From Hellea sp. (GTDB taxonomy: Bacteria; Pseudomonadota; Alphaproteobacteria; Caulobacterales; Maricaulaceae), in the NCBI GenBank assembly GCA_020629545.1, contig JAHDDC010000005.1, forward strand, positions 3,661 through 67,660: DNA of 64,000 bases, given 5' to 3'. Positions 46,162-54,625 of this stretch are shown here, in pieces. The notes beneath the pieces are model-generated. The model did not search any database, had not been told where the DNA came from, and saw only the letters and a list, made by a program, of their open reading frames with translations. The position numbers and the translations under genes are program-made. Every line of letters starts with the position of its first letter. The stretch's first letter is position 1.

Positions 46162-47449
46162 AAATGTTCACCGCCAGATTATCCTCTCCCAAATCATGTA
46201 CCCGCCTTGAAGTTCGGCGCAGAGTATATAGAGACAGAGTATCCTCCGCAGCCAAAGAACTCCATTCTTTTGCCCTTCCCTTCATATCTTTTGACGCTCC
46301 CAAATCCCCCAAAGCGTAGCGAAGACAATCCCGCATATTCATATCAATAACGGTTCCCCCTCCCTTTTGGTAAAACCCCCAAATCGCAAGCGCCAAATGT
46401 AGGCCGTTAACGGGATCCGCTAAAGCATCACCGACAAAACAAGGTTCACCCCAAGCCTTATCCATGATTGTGGAAAGCCCGGTAGAGATAGCAATATCAT
46501 CTCCAAAACCAATTCGGTTCTGATCTCGGCCGTAAGCTGTGAGACGAGCCCAAACTTTTCCAGGCTTTCGGGCGACATAGTCTTCTGCGACAATGCCCAT
46601 TTGTGCAAAAGCCCTGGGCCTTGACGCTTCGATCACAATATCAGCATTTTCAAGTAAATCCCTGAGAAGATTGAATTCCTTTGGGTCTTTGAAATTAAGC
46701 GCCACGCAGTGTTTCCCGCCATTCATAAGCTTGTAGAAATATGGGTGACCGGCACGCATCCCATCAGGTCGGTTTGGCCCCTCCACCTTGATAACAGTCG
46801 CTCCGAGACGCATCATAAGGCTGGACGCGAGCGGTCCAGCCCAAAGCCCGGATAAATCTACGATTTGCGGCGTTTTCTTTGGCGCCGATCGATCAAATTG
46901 TTTGGCAAGATACCAATTAAAAGGTCTGTCAGGCAGCTCCTCTTTGGCAACAGCCAGGCCAATTTCAGCCGCTCGATCTACAAGGTAATCAGCCATCTTA
47001 TGCCTGACCGCCGCCGTAATTCCATTCCAATCCGTTACATAATCCTCAAGCCAAGCTGGGATAAGATCCCAATCATCTTCTCGAACAAGATTAAGCGCAA
47101 TCCGTCCGTCCTTGACATCCATCAGGCGGCCATAGCCTCCCGCACATATGCGATCTTTTCGAATGGTTCGCCGGAGCCGCGCGCGTTCCCCGAGAAAAAC
47201 TGAGCCGTTCTTGGGCAAGCCATATGACCGGTTTGCAATTTTCTTTAAAGCCAAAAGAGCTCCGTCAGCGTGGGCTGCTATCGCGGCCGGTAACATCAGG
47301 CCTGTCGTCTTCAATAGACCCGAACGCCGAAACGCAATGGCCGGATGGTCAGATGTTTGTTCAATACTTTCGGTATAACCAAGAGACCGCAACAGCTGAG
47401 TCCCATATTTGGCCGCATGGTCAGTTAGCAATTTGGTCCCGAATGACAC
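46148..47449 (-). CDS. Family III (CaiB/BaiF) CoA-transferase with about 195-aa N-terminal extension and shortened C-terminus
   Basis: The canonical start motif VDLSGLWAGPLASSLMMRLGATVIKVE is at residues about 197-223. The Asp-containing GFGDDIAISTG is at about 315-323. The start is GTG 47449 or TTG 47431. Confidence 0.7.
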   Translation of the reverse strand: MSFGTKLLTDHAAKYGTQLLRSLGYTESIEQTSDHPAIAFRRSGLLKTTGLMLPAAIAAHADGALLALKKIANRSYGLPKNGSVFLGERARLRRTIRKDRICAGGYGRLMDVKDGRIALNLVREDDWDLIPAWLEDYVTDWNGITAAVRHKMADYLVDRAAEIGLAVAKEELPDRPFNWYLAKQFDRSAPKKTPQIVDLSGLWAGPLASSLMMRLGATVIKVEGPNRPDGMRAGHPYFYKLMNGGKHCVALNFKDPKEFNLLRDLLENADIVIEASRPRAFAQMGIVAEDYVARKPGKVWARLTAYGRDQNRIGFGDDIAISTGLSTIMDKAWGEPCFVGDALADPVNGLHLALAIWGFYQKGGGTVIDMNMRDCLRYALGDLGASKDMKGRAKEWSSLAAEDTLSLYTLRRTSRRVHDLGEDNLAVNIYADP

Positions 47450-48872
47450 GACGAAGTAATTTTCCTGTTTCGTTATAGGGCAGTTCGTCCATCCGCGTAA
47501 TGAGAGACGGCAAACGTGATGACCTTAGCTTCGCCTTAACAAGATCGCAAATCTCATCATCTGAAATGTCTGCCTGACATACAATAGCCAGACCGACGGC
47601 TTCGCCCCACTCAACATCCGGGACAGCAACCGCCGCGACGTCTTTGATGGCCGGGTGCGCTCGCAAAACCTCTTCAATCTCACCTGGTGAAATATTCTCG
47701 CCCCCGCGCACAATGACATCGTCCGCGCGTCCATCTATAAAAAGATATCCACCTGCATCCAAATACCCTCGATCTTTGGTTAGGAACCAGCCATCTTCGT
47801 CTAGCTGCGAACCCATTCCTTTATATTCGCCGCTGACTTGATCGCCGCGCACATAGACCAAGCCTATTTCATCCGGGCCACATATCGTCCCATCTTCTTG
47901 ACGAACTACGAGTTCGATGGTGGGTATCGGTTGACCGGCCGATCCTAATCGGCGTCTAATTTCTGGGTCCTCAGACTCGAAAGCTTCCCTATGTGCGTCT
48001 GGACTCAGCATGCAGATCGTTGCACTTGTTTCCGTCAATCCGTAAGCATTAGTGAAGTTGACGTGTGGCATCAAACGCATGGCGGCTTCTATCGTTTGTC
48101 TCGTCATCTTTCCGCCGCCATAAGCAATATTCCGCATGGCAGGAAGATCAAGACTATCGCCCGCATATTCAATCACGCGCTGGAGCATAGTGGGAACCAT
48201 AAATGCATTTGTAATATTTTCTGATTGGGCTAACTCTATCCAAGCTTTTGGCGTAAAGTTGGGAAGCTGAACCATACGGCGGCCGGCATAGGTCGAGCTA
48301 AGCACTGCTGCGATCCCCGCGATATGGTATGGCGGAACCGCCAAAAGATTGGCTTCATCTTCGCAGGCTGACATAAATTCAACCGTACCAAAAATATAGG
48401 CCATGAGATTATCATGTTTGAGAACAGCAGACTTTGGCTCACCTGTTGTACCGCTGGTGAAGAGCTCAACAGCCACACCGCCGTCAATATCGGGGGCTTC
48501 CATGTCAGAAATAACGCCGCTACCGGCTTCGAGCATTGATATTGCTCTGATGTTTTTAGTGGAAATATCCTGCCCCGTTAGCAAGAGCGCCGGCGCGGTT
48601 CGCTCCAGTAGGCTTTCGAGCCGATCTTCTGCCAATCGATAATTTAGCGGTACGAACTGGGTTCCGGCCAGAGCCGCACCAAACAGAGCTGCAGGCATGA
48701 GAGGTGTGTTCTCGTTTAGAAAAGCAACCCTTTCACCGGGCTGCACTTGTCCGGCAACAGACCTTGCCATATCTGCCAAGTCTGCAAACGTGGCCCGACA
48801 ACCGCCACTAACAATAGCTTCGCGATCCCCCATGGCGTCGGCGGCCATTTGCAAAATCAGGTGAATATTCAT
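47421..48872 (-). CDS. AMP-dependent acyl-CoA synthetase
   Basis: It has FTSGTTGEPKS, YGLTE and a C-terminal GKLLR. Confidence 0.85.
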   Translation of the reverse strand: MNIHLILQMAADAMGDREAIVSGGCRATFADLADMARSVAGQVQPGERVAFLNENTPLMPAALFGAALAGTQFVPLNYRLAEDRLESLLERTAPALLLTGQDISTKNIRAISMLEAGSGVISDMEAPDIDGGVAVELFTSGTTGEPKSAVLKHDNLMAYIFGTVEFMSACEDEANLLAVPPYHIAGIAAVLSSTYAGRRMVQLPNFTPKAWIELAQSENITNAFMVPTMLQRVIEYAGDSLDLPAMRNIAYGGGKMTRQTIEAAMRLMPHVNFTNAYGLTETSATICMLSPDAHREAFESEDPEIRRRLGSAGQPIPTIELVVRQEDGTICGPDEIGLVYVRGDQVSGEYKGMGSQLDEDGWFLTKDRGYLDAGGYLFIDGRADDVIVRGGENISPGEIEEVLRAHPAIKDVAAVAVPDVEWGEAVGLAIVCQADISDDEICDLVKAKLRSSRLPSLITRMDELPYNETGKLLRRVIRDQIAN

Positions 48873-48878
48873 CAGAAA

Positions 48879-49184
48879 TTAGTCAGACGACGGAAGCTTC
48901 TTTGCCGCCTTTATATCGATTTTATAGCCAGAAACCGCGACAGAACCGTCGCCTCCACGGGTACACAAAAACTCCATCGTCTCCGCTTCATCCGTATAAC
49001 GTTTACCGACAAGCGTTCCGGAATTGTCTCCCGACATTTCCCCAAGTTCCGATGGATCGCCAACTTGCATGGGGGCGCCGCCACAAAAAATATCTAATTC
49101 TTCAGCGGGTGCCCGCAATACCATAATCTGGGTTTTGCAAACTGTACTCGATAGTTTTGTGCCGGGTTTAAAAATCTGACCCAT
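48879..49184 (-). CDS. Small conserved-looking hypothetical protein (101 aa)
   Basis: The ORF fits tightly between the thiolase stop (2 nt upstream) and the ligase start (7 nt downstream). It has two similar halves, each ending in a Gly-rich turn. Confidence 0.5.
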   Translation of the reverse strand: MGQIFKPGTKLSSTVCKTQIMVLRAPAEELDIFCGGAPMQVGDPSELGEMSGDNSGTLVGKRYTDEAETMEFLCTRGGDGSVAVSGYKIDIKAAKKLPSSD

Positions 49185-49185
49185 A

Positions 49186-50346
49186 TTAGCCTCTTCCTAT
49201 AATCGCGCCGGCTACGCCGGATCCAATAAATGCTGTTTCAGCACCTTTAATCTGATTCGCTGCTGTTCCGCGCATCTGCCGAACGCCTTCGGTAATGTTA
49301 TTGATTCCATGTATATAGGCCTCGCCGATCAACCCGCCATTTGGAGATAAAGGGGTTGCGCCTTCAAGTTCCAAATTGCCATCGGCAACATAGTCTTTGG
49401 CTTCGCCCAGTCCGCAATATCCAAACCCTTCGAGCTGACGCAGAACTTGCGGCGTGAAATTATCGTATATCATTGCTATTCGGGTATCTTTGGGCGCTAT
49501 ACCGCAAGCATTGATTAGTTTTTCAGTAGCGCGAAGAGCCAAATCATTATTCAGCAAGTCACCTTCGTAAAAGTCCGAGATGATCTCATGGTTAAACAAC
49601 ATGGAATATTCAGCACCTAGTAGCGAGACTGGTATTTGCTTCAGATCTTTAGCGCGTTCTCGGGTTGTTATGAGAATTGCGCAGCCACCATCCGATTCCT
49701 GACAGCAATCCAACAGTCTAAACCAAGGTTCCACGATCCAGCGGCTATCCTGGTGGTCTTGAAGCGTGATCGGCTTTTCGTAGAAAAACGCGTTAGGATT
49801 AGTTGCGGCAGCTTTGCGAAACGTAACCGATATCTGACCCAGGTCTTCGGATGTCACGCCAAACTTATTCATATAATAACCGCATGACATTGCTTCCCAT
49901 GCCGCCGGTGTTTGTGCGCCGAACGGAAAGCACCACTCCATAAAAGTGGAGCTATGTGCGTCGGGCGACAGGTCGATTTTTGGCTGGCCAAAGCGATATT
50001 GACTGCGCTCATTCATAGCGCGCCAAATCACAAAATAATCACACATGCCGCTTTCGACTGCATTTTTCGCATGCACGAGGGTGGCTACGGACGCTGCGCC
50101 GCCCTGAGGCAACCGCGTTGTATAATTGATATCGCGGCAACCCAGTGATCGCATAACATCAATCTCATCTGAATTATCAATCGCAAATGTTGTCATGCCA
50201 TCAATATCGTGCGGCGAAACGCCTGCATCCTGACAGGCTGCGAGAATAGCTTCGGCAGCCAACTGCTGTTCAGACCTGCCAGAGATTTTGGAAAATTCGG
50301 TCTGGCCAATGCCGACGATACAAGCTTGTTGAGATTCTGCGACCAC
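49186..50346 (-). CDS. SCP-x/Ltp-type thiolase-like protein
   Basis: The N-terminus ACIVGIGQTEFSK and the 386-aa length are typical of non-specific lipid-transfer thiolases and aldolases. The GTG start immediately follows the DUF35 stop. Confidence 0.8.
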   Translation of the reverse strand: MVAESQQACIVGIGQTEFSKISGRSEQQLAAEAILAACQDAGVSPHDIDGMTTFAIDNSDEIDVMRSLGCRDINYTTRLPQGGAASVATLVHAKNAVESGMCDYFVIWRAMNERSQYRFGQPKIDLSPDAHSSTFMEWCFPFGAQTPAAWEAMSCGYYMNKFGVTSEDLGQISVTFRKAAATNPNAFFYEKPITLQDHQDSRWIVEPWFRLLDCCQESDGGCAILITTRERAKDLKQIPVSLLGAEYSMLFNHEIISDFYEGDLLNNDLALRATEKLINACGIAPKDTRIAMIYDNFTPQVLRQLEGFGYCGLGEAKDYVADGNLELEGATPLSPNGGLIGEAYIHGINNITEGVRQMRGTAANQIKGAETAFIGSGVAGAIIGRG

Positions 50347-50766
50347 CTAAACCTCCGTGGTCAAAGCGTTGAAGACCGGTACTGCTTTACCGCCTGAGGT
50401 TTCTGCGAAATCAACCATGACACGCATGCCAAATTCCGGAGCTTGATCTCCCTCTAGATTGGAGAGCATACGAATACCCTCATCAAGCTCGACTAATATT
50501 ACCCAAGGACTTTCAGAAAACAAAAAACTTGCAGGCCTGATCTGACGGCACCAGGATAACACAGTACCTTTACCAGATAGCGTCTCTTCAGACTTCTCGC
50601 TAGAATGACAAATAGGGCAAAGCGCGCGCGGCGGATGCCATAGCTTATTACAAGGTTCGCATTTTTGCGCGACTAATTCACCGCGTTTGCATGCCTCCCA
50701 AAAAAAGGCTGAATCTATACGCGGAATTGGGTCGGGTCGCATGGGACGTCTGGGTTTATCGTTCAT
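50347..50766 (-). CDS. DUF35 OB-fold / zinc-ribbon acyl-CoA-associated protein
   Basis: It has a rubredoxin-like CEPC...CPIC followed by an OB-fold region. It is the classical partner of SCP-x thiolases (BbsA/ChsH2-C type). Confidence 0.8.
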   Translation of the reverse strand: MNDKPRRPMRPDPIPRIDSAFFWEACKRGELVAQKCEPCNKLWHPPRALCPICHSSEKSEETLSGKGTVLSWCRQIRPASFLFSESPWVILVELDEGIRMLSNLEGDQAPEFGMRVMVDFAETSGGKAVPVFNALTTEV

Positions 50767-50824
50767 AACTCATCTTTTCGGCATTATTTCAGATGTTGGT
50801 TTATGATCGGATTTATTGCCTTCA

Positions 50825-53233
50825 TCACAAGCCCCAAGGATTCTGCATTTCTTTTTGTCCCGGTAGAGGAGGATCACAAAGAATGGCCGCCTCATTTGCC
50901 ATCGCCAGTATTTTCTCGTCGCTATAACCAAGTTCCTTCAGAATAGACTGGGTATGATCGCCCACTATTAGGGGAGGACTTTGAATAATGCCGGGCGTAT
51001 CAGACAAGTCATATGTCAATCCGATCTGCTCCAAATTACCCACATACCGATCAGGATAACTGACAGTCCAATTTTTCTCTCTATACTTTTTATTGTCGTG
51101 CAATCGTCTAGATGCTTCAGAGTCTGATATAGCTGCCGGAATTCCGGCTTTGATCAGATCAGCAATCAAGTCTGCGGACCCGCGACCTGCAAAGGCCGAC
51201 ACCTTCTCTGAACCTGCCAATACATCAAAGGCTTTCTTGTGTGTATCAGTAATAGCCGCAACTTGTATCCACTCGCCGTCAGCACACTTATAAAGGCGAT
51301 AATAATCTCCGTACCCCGTTTGATCCGGATTGAGCATGGGTCTATCCACTGGTGATCCATCAGGACGAGCAACCGCATAGCTAGTATTCAGCAGACAAGC
51401 ATTAACAATGGACGTATCCACAAATTGCCCTTTCCCGGTGCGTTCCCGTTCCATCAGAGCGTTACAAATTCCGACAGCGGTCAAAAATCCATTGCCAGTA
51501 TCCCCTAGCGACGTCAGTGCCCACACTGGATGTCCCCCAGCATAGACAGCTCCGTCTTCATGCTGAATTCCTGAGAGACAAGCGCCGGTTTGATCATTGC
51601 CAGGCAAATGCTTGCGCGGACCTTCTTCGAACCCTCGTGAATGGCAATAGATAAGGCGCGGATGATCGACTTTTAGGCTTTCATAATCGAGTCCGAGGCG
51701 CGTTGTCGCGGGGTAACGCATATTGTGCTGTACGACATCACAGGTCGCAATGACTTTCTTGATCGCTTCCAATCCCTTGGGATGTTTAAGCATGACGGCG
51801 AAGCTGCGTTTGCTACGATTGGCCATAGCGGCGATATGAGTCTTGTGCCAATAGCTGTCCCAAAGAGTATTCATCTTGATTACATCTGCACCCATATCAG
51901 CTAGCAATTGACAGCCAAACGGGCCGGCTATGGCTAGTCCTAGATCCAAAACCCGAACGCCATCTAAAGCGCCCTTCCCGGTTGGCTTAGCCGGAACTTT
52001 ATGAGACGTAATATCGGGTAAGGACTCTGCATAGGCCTTAACCGCGTCTGTATCTGCACCATTTGCTCGGGTCGGACCTTGCACTTTACCCGGTGAGGTC
52101 TCCAAACGATAAGTAATTCCCACCTGGTTAATTGGCCCTAACTCCGGATCATTGACAGTTGTGACACAGTTATCATCGATCAAATATGGGTCAGTCAGAC
52201 TGTCTTCAATTGAACGACATGGCTGTATCGTAACATTGCCAATGGCTCCGGCCTCAACCCATTCTGCCTGGCTAAACTTTTTAAATGCGTCCGCAAGGAT
52301 GGGTTGGTAGTGGGCCATCACTAATAATTCTTCCGGACCAATTCCAAACCGGTCGGGATCATTCTGAACCGTCAAATCCGGTGTTGCATTAATCTCGTCG
52401 CCTCTCGACGCTTCGAGGATAAAACGGGGATTTGGTACCCAGTTATGGACCCAACCACCGTCCTTGCACTGAAAGTGGCCTTTGGGTGAACGCGAACCCA
52501 TAATCCAAGTGTTAAATCCTTGAGAGTCTATATCGTCTGCACGCTGCCAGACGCCGCTACCGCATGCCATTGCACCCTGCAATAACGACGTTGACACTTT
52601 CTGTCCGCGGCCCGTTTTTTCCCGGGCATAGAGCGCTGCGGCTATTCCGGCAGACGCCGAGAAAAACGCGCCCATGCTTGGCCATTTTGACGCCAAATGC
52701 AAAGGTCCATCTCGATTAGCGCCTTGAACCCAATTAGGGTCGATTTCGACGGCTTCGGCAAATGGATCCTCGCGCCCAGCAATATGATAAAGCGCTCCTT
52801 CCGGCCACCCGCGTTGTTCCCATTGAAGTCCTGAGCTTGCGGCAACGAGCGCATCATATCCTTTACGGTCGTCATCTTCGCCGTAACCCGTAATCGAAAC
52901 ATAGATTAGCCGCGGGTTTATTTTAACAAGATCCTCGTATTCAATCGCAAGATCAGCAGTCTTCCCTGGAGCCATACTTTCAATCAAGACATCCGCATCA
53001 GCGACCAGTTTTTTAAATAAATTCAGATCAGACGGATCACGCAAATCCATGACTGCATTCTTTTTGCCTCTGTGCCAGACCTTGTATCCGAGCATGCCAG
53101 CGAAAGGGTCTCCTTGAGGGCGTTCGATACGCGTTACATCGGCTCCGTGATCAGCGAGAAGCATGCCTGTCATTGGGCCGGCAATACCCCAGGATAAATC
53201 CAACACTTTTAATCCGCTGAGTACGCCTGACAT
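50825..53233 (-). CDS. Tandem-fused family III CoA-transferase (two complete CaiB/BaiF modules in one 802-aa chain)
   Basis: Module 1 has LKVLDLSWGIAGPMTGMLLADHGADVTRIE and GYDALVAASSG. Module 2, from about residue 420, has VRVLDLGLAIAGPFGCQLLADMGADVIKMN and GNDQTGACLSG. Confidence 0.8.
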   Translation of the reverse strand: MSGVLSGLKVLDLSWGIAGPMTGMLLADHGADVTRIERPQGDPFAGMLGYKVWHRGKKNAVMDLRDPSDLNLFKKLVADADVLIESMAPGKTADLAIEYEDLVKINPRLIYVSITGYGEDDDRKGYDALVAASSGLQWEQRGWPEGALYHIAGREDPFAEAVEIDPNWVQGANRDGPLHLASKWPSMGAFFSASAGIAAALYAREKTGRGQKVSTSLLQGAMACGSGVWQRADDIDSQGFNTWIMGSRSPKGHFQCKDGGWVHNWVPNPRFILEASRGDEINATPDLTVQNDPDRFGIGPEELLVMAHYQPILADAFKKFSQAEWVEAGAIGNVTIQPCRSIEDSLTDPYLIDDNCVTTVNDPELGPINQVGITYRLETSPGKVQGPTRANGADTDAVKAYAESLPDITSHKVPAKPTGKGALDGVRVLDLGLAIAGPFGCQLLADMGADVIKMNTLWDSYWHKTHIAAMANRSKRSFAVMLKHPKGLEAIKKVIATCDVVQHNMRYPATTRLGLDYESLKVDHPRLIYCHSRGFEEGPRKHLPGNDQTGACLSGIQHEDGAVYAGGHPVWALTSLGDTGNGFLTAVGICNALMERERTGKGQFVDTSIVNACLLNTSYAVARPDGSPVDRPMLNPDQTGYGDYYRLYKCADGEWIQVAAITDTHKKAFDVLAGSEKVSAFAGRGSADLIADLIKAGIPAAISDSEASRRLHDNKKYREKNWTVSYPDRYVGNLEQIGLTYDLSDTPGIIQSPPLIVGDHTQSILKELGYSDEKILAMANEAAILCDPPLPGQKEMQNPWGL

Positions 53234-53290
53234 AAAAATCCTTTACTTTCTTGCTCTTGAAAACGGCCATAAGACCACCCACACGGCGAC

Positions 53291-53311
53291 TTTCCGAACG
53301 TCATTCGGAAA
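53291..53311. promoter_or_regulatory. TTTCCGAA-cgtca-TTCGGAAA palindrome in the CoA-transferase / ferredoxin divergent region
   Basis: It has perfect 8-bp arms and a 5-bp spacer. It is roughly centred between the starts at 53233 and 53375. Confidence 0.65.
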
Positions 53312-53374
53312 ATACTTTTAATCCCGTTCCAGTCAAGCTAAAATGGATCGGAATCATAATGCAAAAGGAATGTC

Positions 53375-53689
53375 ATGCCAGTTATCAAAGTTAAAACGAT
53401 TGATGGCGAAGAAAAATCCATTGACAGCGGGGTCGGCGTTGTTCTCATGGAACCACTGCGCGATGCAGGTTTAATCGACGCAACTTGCGGCGGCGCTGCC
53501 AGCTGCGGAACTTGTCATGTCTACTTCGAAGACACCAATTTAGCGGGCGAACAAACGGAAGACGAAGGCTATATGCTGGAAAGTCTTGCAGATTTTGTCG
53601 AAATTAGAGAGGGCTCCCGCCTCTCCTGCCAGATGAAGGTGGACGCCAAACATGATAATTGCGCCATCGAGATTGCGCCCGAAGCTTAA
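53375..53689 (+). CDS. [2Fe-2S] ferredoxin, adrenodoxin/putidaredoxin type
   Basis: It has CGGAASCGTCHV (C-x5-C-x2-C) plus a distal LSCQ cysteine. Its length is 104 aa. Confidence 0.9.
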   Translation: MPVIKVKTIDGEEKSIDSGVGVVLMEPLRDAGLIDATCGGAASCGTCHVYFEDTNLAGEQTEDEGYMLESLADFVEIREGSRLSCQMKVDAKHDNCAIEIAPEA

Positions 53690-53695
53690 ACTTTA

Positions 53696-54577
53696 ATGTC
53701 GGATATCATCAAAGCGCAATTCCAAGACATCACTTTTGAAGCCAGTTATTATAAAGCTGAAATGGGGATCTCAAATCCGCTGCTTTTCTGCCTCCCTGGC
53801 GGCGGTGCTGCAAAAGGCTTTTTTGACCTAACACCGGATCATAGTTTTGCGCGGCGCATGAATAGCAAAGGCTATGATGTGCTAACCATGGATCATCCGG
53901 GCACTTCGACCAACCCTATTCCCGAGAGCCGCGCCTTCCTCAAGCCCCGCGGCGCGGCCGATATCATCCATTGGGCCCTACAATCATATCTCGATAAATT
54001 AGGTTTAAAGGGAAAAGCCATTATTGGCATCGGTCACTCTATGGGCGGGATGACCCAAACGCTGATTCAGGCTCGGCATAGACCTTATGAGGCTATGGCA
54101 TTGCTTGGTAGTAGCGCCGGAGGACTCGATTGGGGCTTAAGTTCAGAAGAAAAAGAGTATAAGAACCGCGAAAACGATATTGAGCGCGATCTGAAGAAAC
54201 TAACGTTCGGAAAATTCGGAGCCCAATTCCCCAGTCATCCCGGCGGAGGCCCAAGCGGCAAGTCCATTGTGTTTGGCGGCGAAACACCCGAACTCACTCA
54301 GGCTTTGAAAGACAATACCTGTGAACTTTATGCTGCTGGCGGCATGATGAGCATGATCCGCGGCAGCTTTAAAACCGAAGTCGAAAGCCTTAAAATACCT
54401 TTGTTTTTTGCTTTTGGAGATCACGACATTGGCATACCGCCCAAAGACGTGCCGAAGGACTATGTCAACGCAGTGTCGACCAAACTAATTATCCTTGAAA
54501 ACACAGGCCATAATCATATGGCGTTTTCGAGCATTAGAATTCTGATAGATGAAATGGTCGCGTGGCTCATACAATGA
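53696..54577 (+). CDS. Alpha/beta-fold hydrolase
   Basis: It has a nucleophile elbow GHSMGG, with GDHD and GHNH as candidate Asp and His. Confidence 0.75.
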   Translation: MSDIIKAQFQDITFEASYYKAEMGISNPLLFCLPGGGAAKGFFDLTPDHSFARRMNSKGYDVLTMDHPGTSTNPIPESRAFLKPRGAADIIHWALQSYLDKLGLKGKAIIGIGHSMGGMTQTLIQARHRPYEAMALLGSSAGGLDWGLSSEEKEYKNRENDIERDLKKLTFGKFGAQFPSHPGGGPSGKSIVFGGETPELTQALKDNTCELYAAGGMMSMIRGSFKTEVESLKIPLFFAFGDHDIGIPPKDVPKDYVNAVSTKLIILENTGHNHMAFSSIRILIDEMVAWLIQ

Positions 54578-54625
54578 TTTCTAGATTTGGGAATCACAAA
54601 CCGCGGAAGAAAACTTAGAGTAATG

